Shown here: one piece after another, positions 26,478 through 34,774 of the stretch
Layout: each line of letters begins with the position of its first letter
Numbering within the stretch: position 1 is the stretch's first letter
Translations under genes and position numbers: made by a program
IMG/VR virus record: IMGVR_UViG_3300018432_000007
Location: 1-55,697 of that record
Reading direction: 5' to 3' (one strand)
DNA length: 55,697 nucleotides
DNA from: a virus
Lineage: Duplodnaviria > Caudoviricetes
Notes under the pieces: model-generated
Seen by the model: only the letters and a program-made list of their open reading frames with translations
Told to the model about the DNA's origin: nothing
The model's database searches: none

Positions 26478-27697
26478 GCGTTCTGCTCGCTCTCTGCCCG
26501 CAGGCGGCTCGGGGGGATGACGTCACCGATCGTGGTGGTCCGGCGTGGCGCGCCCTGGGAGAGCGCGGCGCGGGCTGCCTCGAACGCGGCCCGGCCGCGC
26601 CCGTTTGCGTCGTTCGCTGCGGCCACGGCAGCCTCGAACGCGATCGCCTGGGCCGCGCCGGATCCGGGTGCAGCCTGCCCGGCGTTGATGTTGCAGTCCG
26701 GGCAGCGGCGCACGTACTCGCGGCCCTCGGGGTCGGTGGCCATGGCCATGCGGGTGCGGTGGTCGCACCGGCCGCACCACGCCAGGTGCACAGGACGTTC
26801 CTGTGCGGGCTGCATCGGCGCCGGTGCGATCTCGAACCCACGCCACTGCATGATCCGCTCGGAGAGCCGCCCAGCGTTGTGCAGGGACACCACCAGGCCC
26901 TCGGGGTTCGTGGCGCCGGTGGCCTCGATCAGCCACGTGCGGAACCGGGTCTGCTCGTCGGGGTTGAGCATCATGGCGTCCAGGATCGAGGACGGGCTGC
27001 CGACGGCGCGCGGAGCGTCGCCGTGATCCCCCTCGGGCTCGTCCGCAGCAGCGTCCGCGTTACGAGACTGGACGTTGCTGCTCGATGTCTCCACGGGTCC
27101 AGCAGTAGGCGCGCGGAGCGCGCCACTGCTCCGAGGGTCCTGGGGAGGGTTATGGAGAGGGTTGGGTGTCCCGGGGACACCCCTGGGGGTGTCTGTGTGA
27201 AACCCCTGGGGGTGTCCCTCTGACACCCCAGGCTTGGGGTGTCTCTCTGACACCCCAGGATCTGGTGCCTTGTCGGCCCTCGGCTTGCGCTCCGGAGCAG
27301 GCGCGAGCTCGGGCCGATCCTGCGGGGTCAGCGGCGGGCGCCCACGGCCCGCACGCCAGATGTTCACCGACAGTTCGGCCTCGGCGCCGTCGTACCGCTT
27401 CTCGGCCCGGAAGTACGACAGGGGCACCTGCAGGTCGTACACGACGGGGCGCCGGTTGGCGGGGATCATGAGCGCCGAGCGCTGGTCACCCTGCCGGATC
27501 AGGCCACGGTCTTCCAGGTCACCCATCCGACGGCGCACCGTCGACTCAGCGAGCCGGGTGCGGGCGCTGATCGTCATGATCGACAGGAACGAGTTACACC
27601 CGTCCTGGTCAGCGGCCTCGGACATCGCCACGAGCACGGCCCACTCCTGGGCGTCTGCGACGGGTGCGGCCTTGACGGCCCACAGGATCTGTTCCAC
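26474..27697 (-). CDS. Replication initiator with N-terminal winged HTH and C-terminal CxxC...CxxC
   Basis: 'VLVAMSEAAD.DG...FLS..TIS.RT.L.ESTVRR....LE..GLI' HTH; carries iterons; start uncertain (27697 has SD GAGGGAG). Confidence 0.8.
   Translation of the reverse strand: MEQILWAVKAAPVADAQEWAVLVAMSEAADQDGCNSFLSIMTISARTRLAESTVRRRMGDLEDRGLIRQGDQRSALMIPANRRPVVYDLQVPLSYFRAEKRYDGAEAELSVNIWRAGRGRPPLTPQDRPELAPAPERKPRADKAPDPGVSERHPKPGVSEGHPQGFHTDTPRGVPGTPNPLHNPPQDPRSSGALRAPTAGPVETSSSNVQSRNADAAADEPEGDHGDAPRAVGSPSSILDAMMLNPDEQTRFRTWLIEATGATNPEGLVVSLHNAGRLSERIMQWRGFEIAPAPMQPAQERPVHLAWCGRCDHRTRMAMATDPEGREYVRRCPDCNINAGQAAPGSGAAQAIAFEAAVAAANDANGRGRAAFEAARAALSQGAPRRTTTIGDVIPPSRLRAESEQNA
27164..27256. repeat. 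Four palindromic iterons GGGGTGTC-N5-GACACCCC (probable origin)
   Basis: At 27164-27182, 27186-27206 (one mismatch), 27209-27229 and 27236-27256. Confidence 0.85.
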
Positions 27698-27900
27698 GTA
27701 TCTCCCTCTCACTGGGTGAGCGGAAGCCGGAACGCCCCAAATGCCTGGTAGCATCGTGGGCGAGACGTAGCCGGGTGCTTCCGGCTTCCTGCCTCCGGGG
27801 CCCTGCACAGGTCCCGGGGGCATTTCTCTTGTTCCGGACACCATACATGCCTAAGGCACCGTTTCAGCGCTGCTCAAGGGTGATGCCCCCGTGTCTGTCA

Positions 27901-27975
27901 ATCCCACACCCGTGTGGTACTGTTCTGATGCAAGGTCAGGGAGCGAGTCCCGACCCAGTCACCCAGGGAGACACC
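27901..27975 (+). promoter_or_regulatory. Promoter-hairpin cassette G
   Basis: CCACACCCGTGTGG (27904-27917), TACTGT, hairpin GGTC-A-GGGA-gcgag-TCCC-GACC (27934-27955), SD. Confidence 0.85.
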
Positions 27976-28308
27976 ATGAACACCCGCCGGCCCAACTCTG
28001 CGGGGCGCCCCTTCCAGCCCGGCGACCACGTCCGCATCACGGACCACACGCGCCAGCTCGTAGCGCCCGCTGAGCAGTACGTGTATGAGGGCATCGTTTC
28101 GAGGATTGATCCCGGAGCAGATCCCGACAGCGGGCACGACTACGGCCCATACCTGTGGATCGACACAGAGCCGTTCGACAACGGATCCGGGAAGACGTAC
28201 ACCGCGACGTTCTGCCCTCTCACGGAGGACCTGACCAAGGGCTCGGACGTGTTCGGTCGGACGATCGAACTGCTGGAGCCCGTGATAACCGACGGCGCGT
28301 CCAACTGA
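27976..28308 (+). CDS. Hypothetical SH3-like beta protein
   Basis: 'FQPGDHVRI...EGIVSRI'; followed by a hairpin at 28312-28349. Confidence 0.7.
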   Translation: MNTRRPNSAGRPFQPGDHVRITDHTRQLVAPAEQYVYEGIVSRIDPGADPDSGHDYGPYLWIDTEPFDNGSGKTYTATFCPLTEDLTKGSDVFGRTIELLEPVITDGASN

Positions 28309-28382
28309 ACTACCGGGTGCGGCCCGGCTTCCCCCGGGCCGCACCCGGTTCTCATCCCACCACCGCGAGGAACGAGGACACC

Positions 28383-29039
28383 ATGGCCACGAGCATCACG
28401 ATCAGCATCAGCGGGGACGGCGACGCGCACGTCTGCGGTCCCATGTGCGACTGCCCCACCGCGCTCTACCAGACACAGGTCGCGATCGACACCGACCGCC
28501 GCGAGCAGGGCATGCAGCCCCGGGGCCTCAGCGAGCGCCTGCAGGCGATGCGGTACGCCGCACCGACGACGGCATGGTTCGAGGAGATGTCCCTGGAAGC
28601 CGTCCGGCTGGAGACCATGGCCGCGACAAGCCGGGTTCGGGACTGGATCATCCGCGACCACCCCGACAGCGACGCCGCCGTCTGGGCTGCTGAGTGCGAC
28701 GCTGCCGACGCCGCCACACCGGAAGCGCGGTACATCACGCTGCGCACCGCGATCGAGCCGCTGGTGCCGCTCCTGGTCCGCGCTGACCTGTTGCCAGCCG
28801 ATCACGAATACGTGTGGCGCGACGACATCGGGGAAGCAGTCGTGCACGCGGGCCATTACCGGTTCGCCGTCAGCGCGGCTGCCACGAGCGCGGCACGGAA
28901 CGGGGCATGGCTCGTCACGACGTCGGATGAGCGCTCCGGCGACAACACGGACGGCACGTTCAGCGAGCGCGTGAGCGTCGATCGGCAGGAGATCCGCGCG
29001 TGGCTCGTCGCCTGGGCTGCCGCGAACACCTACGCCTGA
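28383..29039 (+). CDS. Hypothetical protein
   Basis: GAGGA SD; MATSITISISGDG... Confidence 0.7.
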   Translation: MATSITISISGDGDAHVCGPMCDCPTALYQTQVAIDTDRREQGMQPRGLSERLQAMRYAAPTTAWFEEMSLEAVRLETMAATSRVRDWIIRDHPDSDAAVWAAECDAADAATPEARYITLRTAIEPLVPLLVRADLLPADHEYVWRDDIGEAVVHAGHYRFAVSAAATSAARNGAWLVTTSDERSGDNTDGTFSERVSVDRQEIRAWLVAWAAANTYA

Positions 29040-29084
29040 CCAGCACCACCCACCACACACCCACCACCACAAGAGAGGCCCACC

Positions 29085-29258
29085 ATGGGACTTTTCAGCC
29101 GCGACACCGAGGACACGTCCACGCCTGCGGAGCGCAAGGCGTGGAAGCGCCGCGCCGAGCAGCAGATAGCCGAGCAGCGCCGCGAGCAGCAGGGCATCCC
29201 CCGTACGCCGCCACCGGCGCCAGGATCGCAGCACCGCCGCGCACGCCGCCCCGAGTAG
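29085..29258 (+). CDS. Small basic protein (57 aa)
   Basis: GAGAGG SD; MGLFSRDTEDTSTPAERKAWKRR... Confidence 0.55.
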   Translation: MGLFSRDTEDTSTPAERKAWKRRAEQQIAEQRREQQGIPRTPPPAPGSQHRRARRPE

Positions 29259-29365
29259 CGTTCTGACGCACTCCCCGGCCCACCAGCGCCCCATCACGGG
29301 GCGTTGGTGGGCGGGGGGAGTACGGCAGGCCACCAACCCCTCACGACGCCACGAAAGGCACCCTG

Positions 29366-29884
29366 ATGACCGAGCCCACCACCCCCACCACCGACGAGCC
29401 CGAGGAGGTCACCGCCGGTTGGCTGTTCATGACCGCGAACGCCCTCGGCCTGTCAGAGGCCGATCTCGCGTTCGTGCTCGGCGTCCGCCAGGACACCATC
29501 CGGAAGAACTGGAAGTACGGCACCGCCGCGATCGCCGACGGCGTCCGCACCGACCTGCAGAAGTTCGTCAAGTTCACCGACGAATGCGTGAACCTGCTCG
29601 TCGATCGCGCGGAAGGGATGACCGATCCCGCGATCGTCGTCTACGCGAACCTCCGCGACGTCCCCGAGCGCCACGTGGCTGCCGAGTACGGCATCACCTG
29701 GTGGGACCACGTCGCGTTCTCCGTGCACAAGCAGCTCCCCGAGGTGTACGTGGGCAACCTGATGGAGATCGGCGCCGCATACGACTACGACCACGTCCGG
29801 GGCCTGTCCAGCGTCCACGATGACCCGTCCATGCTCGCGATCTGGGTAACCCCGCAGCGCACCCGCGCCGGGCGCACCGTCTGA
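29366..29884 (+). CDS. Aca2/YdiL (DUF1870)-like HTH protein
   Basis: 'LGLSEADLA.VLGV..DTIR..W..G...I.DGVR', then a helix, 'DP.IVVY' and 'W...VA..V....P'. Confidence 0.7.
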   Translation: MTEPTTPTTDEPEEVTAGWLFMTANALGLSEADLAFVLGVRQDTIRKNWKYGTAAIADGVRTDLQKFVKFTDECVNLLVDRAEGMTDPAIVVYANLRDVPERHVAAEYGITWWDHVAFSVHKQLPEVYVGNLMEIGAAYDYDHVRGLSSVHDDPSMLAIWVTPQRTRAGRTV

Positions 29885-29914
29885 CCCCTGCTCGACCACA
29901 CGAGAGGAACCACC

Positions 29915-30100
29915 ATGGCCTGGCTAGCCCCGATGAACAGATGGCGTCTGCTGACCGCATCAGACCCCGCGTACGACGGCATCCGCTACGCGGCCCTCGC
30001 GCCGGGCTGCACCAACGAGCCCCACGACGGCACCGAGTGCGGCTGCCGCATGTTCCTCGACCAGAGCGAGGGGGACAAGTACATCCGCAGCGTGATGTAG
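29915..30100 (+). CDS. Small hypothetical protein
   Basis: GAGAGGA SD. Confidence 0.6.
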   Translation: MAWLAPMNRWRLLTASDPAYDGIRYAALAPGCTNEPHDGTECGCRMFLDQSEGDKYIRSVM

Positions 30101-30137
30101 CCGGCTGACCAACCCCGCTCGACGAGAGGAACCACCC

Positions 30138-30569
30138 ATGGAAGAGATCCAGATCAACGCAGGGCCCCTGCGCGTTCCCACCGAGGAGAACGCCCAGGCC
30201 AACATGGACGCGTTCGCGTCAGACCTGGTCCTGCTCGACATCACCACCACGGCGATCACCCGCAACCCCGGCGCCGACGCAGACGGCCGGTACGGCTACC
30301 AGCTCGGGTTCGAGGACGGGCGCGTGCTCGACGTCGAGATGCCCGGGCTCCCGCTCGCGGAGGTCCGCTACCTCGACGAGGACGGGCAGGACATCTGGAC
30401 GTTCCCCAAGGTGTCGATCGGCGGCGAGCCGTGGGTGTGGATGTTCGCCCTCAAGGCGTGCCAGCAGCCCGGGCTCACCGCGACCCAGCAGCCCGTGCCC
30501 ACGCCGTACGAGCAGCAGGACGACAACCCCGACCCCACCAAGTGCGGGGACCCGGACTGCGACTGCTGA
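30138..30569 (+). CDS. Acidic hypothetical protein
   Basis: GAGAGGA SD; followed by a hairpin at 30574-30610. Confidence 0.7.
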   Translation: MEEIQINAGPLRVPTEENAQANMDAFASDLVLLDITTTAITRNPGADADGRYGYQLGFEDGRVLDVEMPGLPLAEVRYLDEDGQDIWTFPKVSIGGEPWVWMFALKACQQPGLTATQQPVPTPYEQQDDNPDPTKCGDPDCDC

Positions 30570-30718
30570 GACGACGAGATCCCCCAGCCCGGACAGGCTG
30601 GGGGATCTCGCCATGGCCCCGAGGGGGAAACCTCTGGGGGGTGTCGCCCCGACGTCGTCACAGCGTCGAGATCGTCAGGATAGCCCCCACCACCGACACG
30701 GCGCTGGTGAGTTGGTGA

Positions 30719-30982
30719 TCAGCGGCCAGGACGTGACTGCTGAACCAGGTAGGTCGCGGCCTCGAACCCCAGGATCTCGTCCACCTGCCCGGGGAAGTCA
30801 GCTAGCCGTGCCACGGCCCGCATCATCGCGGCCCACTGGGACGGATGCACGGTACGAGCGATCGGCGGAAGCCGCGGGAACTGGTCCACCGGACCGGCGA
30901 GCGGCGGACGATGACTGTCACCGAACGGCGTCGAGCGGGCATACCGTGCGAGCGCGTCGGCTATCTCGTCAGCCATCAGCAT
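30719..30982 (-). CDS. Hypothetical protein, divergent from 31062
   Basis: 87-aa ORF next to an AT-rich intergenic region. Confidence 0.45.
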   Translation of the reverse strand: MLMADEIADALARYARSTPFGDSHRPPLAGPVDQFPRLPPIARTVHPSQWAAMMRAVARLADFPGQVDEILGFEAATYLVQQSRPGR

Positions 30983-31061
30983 TACCCACCCGTCATCGTT
31001 ATGGCATTACCAGAAATGCCAGCATAATTCTCGAAACGATAACAATCTACAGGTGAGGTAA

Positions 31062-31418
31062 ATGCATATCGACGGAACCGGCCCCGTGCTTTCCTGCGAT
31101 CACAGCGCCCATACGGACACGCAGCTGATCGAATGCCTCGCGCAGTCGTGGGGCGTGACGGTGCCCCAGCTGATCGCGATCATGGCCGCGCTCGTCCTGT
31201 CCCACACCGAACGCGCGGCGATCGCGGACACCACCCCGATCGGGGTGATCAGCCTGTTGCCCGAGCTGCCCGGCCGCGAGTGCGACTGGTGTCACCGCCA
31301 GCTGCCGCCCGGCATCCACCACTCCCGGAAGTACTGCCCAGACACCGACTGCCGACGCCACGCGTACAACGCTTGGCAGCGAGCCGGCCGACCCACCAAC
31401 AGGAAGAGCACCGCATGA
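31062..31418 (+). CDS. Putative DNA-binding protein with C-terminal CxxC...C...C zinc motif
   Basis: GAGGT SD; 'CDWC..QLP.....RKYC....CR'. Confidence 0.65.
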   Translation: MHIDGTGPVLSCDHSAHTDTQLIECLAQSWGVTVPQLIAIMAALVLSHTERAAIADTTPIGVISLLPELPGRECDWCHRQLPPGIHHSRKYCPDTDCRRHAYNAWQRAGRPTNRKSTA

Positions 31419-31654
31419 ACTGGCCCGTCATCACCCTGATCGCGCTCACCCTCGGCGTCGCCGCCGCAGCACTGTGGCTCGCCGTCGTCGACATCCGCGC
31501 CGACCGAGCTCACAACCGGTGGATGCGCCGCAACGACGTTCGCCGGCGCCGTACCCGCATCGAGGTGTCCGGCATCAGCCGCGGCTACCGAGGCATGGGC
31601 CTCGACGGTCGCGCCGACCACCCCGGCGCCCTGCGCAAGCGCACCGGCCCCTGA
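31415..31654 (+). CDS. Small single-TM protein
   Basis: MNWPVITLIALTLGV...; ATGA-coupled. Confidence 0.6.
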   Translation: MNWPVITLIALTLGVAAAALWLAVVDIRADRAHNRWMRRNDVRRRRTRIEVSGISRGYRGMGLDGRADHPGALRKRTGP

Positions 31655-31806
31655 CCCCAGACACGTGAATGCCCCCGCCCCGATGGCCCATCGGAGCGGG
31701 GGCATTCCCCCGTGAAACACGCCCTGTGATCGCGACGACGAACACCAAGCACCCGCAGCGTAACCGACCCCAGACCGACACGGGGCCCCACCCACAGGTC
31801 GAGCCG

Positions 31807-31878
31807 CCCCACACGCGTGTGGTATATTGAGCGTGCGAGACCAGGGGAACCGCCCCGGTCCAGAGCCACGGAGGCACC
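31807..31878 (+). promoter_or_regulatory. Promoter-hairpin cassette H
   Basis: CCACACGCGTGTGG (31809-31822), TATATT, hairpin GACC-A-GGGG-aaccg-CCCC-GGTC (31839-31860), SD GGAGG. Confidence 0.85.
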
Positions 31879-32088
31879 ATGACCGACACCCCCAAGCACC
31901 CCGACGTCCAGGTGCACCTCAGCACCGGCCACGACGCGAACGCATTCATGCTGATCAGCACCGTGCGCCGCGCCCTGCGCAAGGCCGGGGTGCCCCTCGA
32001 CGAGATCGAGCAGTTCGCCAGCGACGCCATGTCCGGGGACTACGACCACGCCCTGACGACGATCCGGGCCTGGGTCCAGGTCTCCTGA
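31879..32088 (+). CDS. Small phage protein
   Basis: 'V.L...D.NAF.....VRRAL.KAG....EI..F...A.SGDYDH.L'. Confidence 0.75.
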   Translation: MTDTPKHPDVQVHLSTGHDANAFMLISTVRRALRKAGVPLDEIEQFASDAMSGDYDHALTTIRAWVQVS

Positions 32089-32122
32089 CCCCCACCAGCA
32101 GCACCCCCGCGAGAGGAACACC

Positions 32123-32917
32123 ATGCCCATCCACCAGAAGATCACCGAGGCCGAGTACAACGCGCTCCCCGGCCTACGGAACTCCGCCATCAAGGGCGTA
32201 CTGGAGAGCCCGGCCCTGTACAAGCACGGCCTGGACAACCCCAGCACGGCCAAGCACTTCACCATCGGGTCAGCCGTCCACTCCCTGCTGCTGGAGGAGG
32301 GCAAGACCGTCGTGCACGTCCCGGTCGACAACTGGAAGACCAAGGACGCCCAGGAGCGGCGCGACGCCGCGCTGGCCGATGGCAAGTACCCGCTGAACAA
32401 CGCCGAGCACGAGCAGGCCCAGGCCATGGCCGCACGCCTGCGCACCGACCCCGACGTGGCCAAGCACCTGCGCGCCGGGCAGACCGAGGTCACCCTCACC
32501 GGCCACCACGAGCAGACGTTCACGCCGATCAAGGCACGCCTGGACATCCTCGACGTGGAAGCCCGCGTGATCATGGACCCCAAGACCACGGCCACCGCCG
32601 ACCGTGACGCGTTCGGCACCACGGCCTACCGTCACGGGTACTACATGCAGGCCCCGCACTACATCGATCTCGCAGCCCAGGCCACAGACACCGACCCGGC
32701 CGAGTGGCGGTTCCTGTTCGCGGTCATCAGCAAGAGCGCCCCGTACCAGATGTTCGTCACCGAACTCGACGAGGACTCCCTCGCGCTCGGGCGCCGCGAC
32801 CGGGACCGGGGCATCGATCTCTACCTGGAGTGCCAGCGCACCGGGAAGTGGCCCGACTTCCCCGGCCAGGTCGGTGTCACCACCACCCGCCTGCCCCGCT
32901 GGGCCCTGCTGTCCTGA
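32123..32917 (+). CDS. recE: RecE-like exonuclease VIII (PD-(D/E)XK, DUF3799-like)
   Basis: GSAVH..LLE, KARLD, D.KTT, GY..QA..Y and F..ISK..PY motifs. Confidence 0.88.
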   Translation: MPIHQKITEAEYNALPGLRNSAIKGVLESPALYKHGLDNPSTAKHFTIGSAVHSLLLEEGKTVVHVPVDNWKTKDAQERRDAALADGKYPLNNAEHEQAQAMAARLRTDPDVAKHLRAGQTEVTLTGHHEQTFTPIKARLDILDVEARVIMDPKTTATADRDAFGTTAYRHGYYMQAPHYIDLAAQATDTDPAEWRFLFAVISKSAPYQMFVTELDEDSLALGRRDRDRGIDLYLECQRTGKWPDFPGQVGVTTTRLPRWALLS

Positions 32918-32968
32918 CCCGCCCCTGCCCGACCACACACACCACAGACCCACCGGGGGAGCCCCACC

Positions 32969-33604
32969 ATGAACGACACCCTGAACGACCGCATCGAGGC
33001 TGTGAAGCGGAACCAGGACCTCTACAAGGCGCTGCTCGCGGCTGACCTGCCCGTCGTCGAGAAGACCAAGACCGCGCGGATCCAGACGAACAACGGCCCC
33101 GCCTACTCGTACACCTATGCGGACCTCGCGGCGATCGACCAGCAGGTAACGCCCGTCCTGCGGGAGAACCACCTGCTGATGGATTTCGAGATGCACGACG
33201 CGCCCGACGGAACACCGATCCTTACCGGGATGCTGATCCACCCCGAGTCCGGCGGATTCAAGACGTCCGAGTGGAAGGTCACCGGCCGCACCCCGCAGGA
33301 CCAGGGAGGCTCGATCACCTACGGGCGCCGGTACCTGACCGGCATCCTCACCGGCGTCATCACCGACGAGGACACCGACGGTCGCCAGGCCAACCCCGGC
33401 GCCCCGGCCGCACCAGCCAAGCGGCAGGCCAAGCCCAGCAACCCCGCAACGCCCGCCCAGCTGGAACGCCTCGGGCAGGCCAGTGCCGCCGGGATCGACC
33501 TGGGCGCCGTGATGCAGCAGACCATCGGCCGTGTGGCCGGGCAGCGCAGCATCACCGAGGACGAGGCCACGAAGGTTCTGCAGGCAGTGGACGCTCAGTC
33601 CTAA
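32969..33604 (+). CDS. erf: ERF-family single-strand annealing protein
   Basis: Y.YADL and 'PQ..G..ITY.RRY......G...DEDTDG'. Confidence 0.9.
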   Translation: MNDTLNDRIEAVKRNQDLYKALLAADLPVVEKTKTARIQTNNGPAYSYTYADLAAIDQQVTPVLRENHLLMDFEMHDAPDGTPILTGMLIHPESGGFKTSEWKVTGRTPQDQGGSITYGRRYLTGILTGVITDEDTDGRQANPGAPAAPAKRQAKPSNPATPAQLERLGQASAAGIDLGAVMQQTIGRVAGQRSITEDEATKVLQAVDAQS

Positions 33605-33699
33605 CCTGGGCTCGGAAACGACGAGGCCGGACGCGTCCACCACGAACGCGTCCGGCCTCTGGCACGTAACCCCAACCACACAGAAGAGGTAGGCCCATC

Positions 33700-34101
33700 A
33701 TGGCAGAACCGCACCCCACCGACGACGAACTGCAAGCGTTCGCCGCCGACCCCACCCAGTGGGGCGAACCCACCGAGATCCTGACCGGACCCGCCGCAGC
33801 AGCAGCCGGCCGGGCCACGCTCGTCGCGGCCGGAGTCGACGTCGCCGAGCTCGAACGCCGCCACGTCATCGGCCTCGCGCGGGAAGCCGTCGAGAACGTC
33901 GGCAAGCCCGGCGCGGGGACGCGGTTCTACGCCCTGCAGCAGGGCATCGGGAAGATGGCCCAGAACGATCCGGCCATGGCGGTCATCGTCGCCGCAGCAC
34001 GCTGGACCGACCGCACCCGCAGCGGGGGAGCACCAGCCCGGCTCGCGGACCTCACGGACACCGTCGAGCACCTACGCGACGTGTACGGCGAGTGCCCGTA
34101 G
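33700..34101 (+). CDS. Hypothetical protein
   Basis: 133 aa; GAGGT SD. Confidence 0.6.
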   Translation: MAEPHPTDDELQAFAADPTQWGEPTEILTGPAAAAAGRATLVAAGVDVAELERRHVIGLAREAVENVGKPGAGTRFYALQQGIGKMAQNDPAMAVIVAAARWTDRTRSGGAPARLADLTDTVEHLRDVYGECP

Positions 34102-34115
34102 CCGAGCCGGAAACA

Positions 34116-34157
34116 ACGGAAGCCGCATCCCCCGGGCGAGGGGGATGCGGCTTCCGT
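34116..34157. terminator. Terminator hairpin between converging arms
   Basis: ACGGAAGCCGCATCCCC/GGGGATGCGGCTTCCGT. Confidence 0.8.
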
Positions 34158-34312
34158 CTGACAAGGGTTCTACATGGAGAGTCACAACTGGGGGTGCATC
34201 CCCTGCGAGGAGGGGACCGGCTCAAGTGGATCAGGGTGTAACCGCTGCTGTACCGACATGAGCCGTGATCGATCTCGCACACCGTAGCACCACTCGACCC
34301 AAACCGGGCAGG

Positions 34313-34774
34313 TCACGAGTCGAAGTACCCCACGCTGATGCTTGCCGCACTCACGAATGTAGCCGTGTCACAGCGGACCGACACGCCGCCGTTCGACTGG
34401 ATCACGACGCGGAAGATCGTCGCTGCGGTGCCCGCGGTCGTCGGGCAGATGAAATTCAGGTTCGTAGCCGGCCGCGACCCCGCCGGGATACCACCGGCTG
34501 CCACCGGCGTCTGCATGCTGTTCGCCGCGCCCCAGTTCACCGTCGGTGTCAGCGCGCCTCGCGTCTGTACCGAGCGTCCGATACGCCGAACCTCCAGCGA
34601 CGACGTGAATCCAGCCGCAGCCGGTACCGCCACCCACCCCGTGTCGTACACCACGCCGGGAGTGAAGATGATCCGCAGCTGCAAGATCAGCCGCTCCAGC
34701 ACGGTGATACGCCGGCCGTAGTCCTTGAGCATCCGGCCGATGTCGTAGTCACGCGCGAGCGTCGAACGGGCCAT
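34313..34774 (-). CDS. Minor tail / receptor-binding-like protein
   Basis: 'RRITVLER' coil plus 'DTGW...RRIG..V..RG...IP.G.RP' tail-tip domain. Confidence 0.75.
   Translation of the reverse strand: MARSTLARDYDIGRMLKDYGRRITVLERLILQLRIIFTPGVVYDTGWVAVPAAAGFTSSLEVRRIGRSVQTRGALTPTVNWGAANSMQTPVAAGGIPAGSRPATNLNFICPTTAGTAATIFRVVIQSNGGVSVRCDTATFVSAASISVGYFDS

Noticed and set aside
29040-33700. AC-rich tracts (CACCACAC...) before many SD sequences
   Set aside because: Probably ordinary unstructured translation-initiation leaders with no fixed consensus or spacing
34174-34287. 37-aa Cys-rich ORF MESHNWGCIPCEEG...CNRCC as a peptide gene
   Set aside because: No SD or clear promoter, located after a terminator, and no modifying enzymes nearby; cannot be supported
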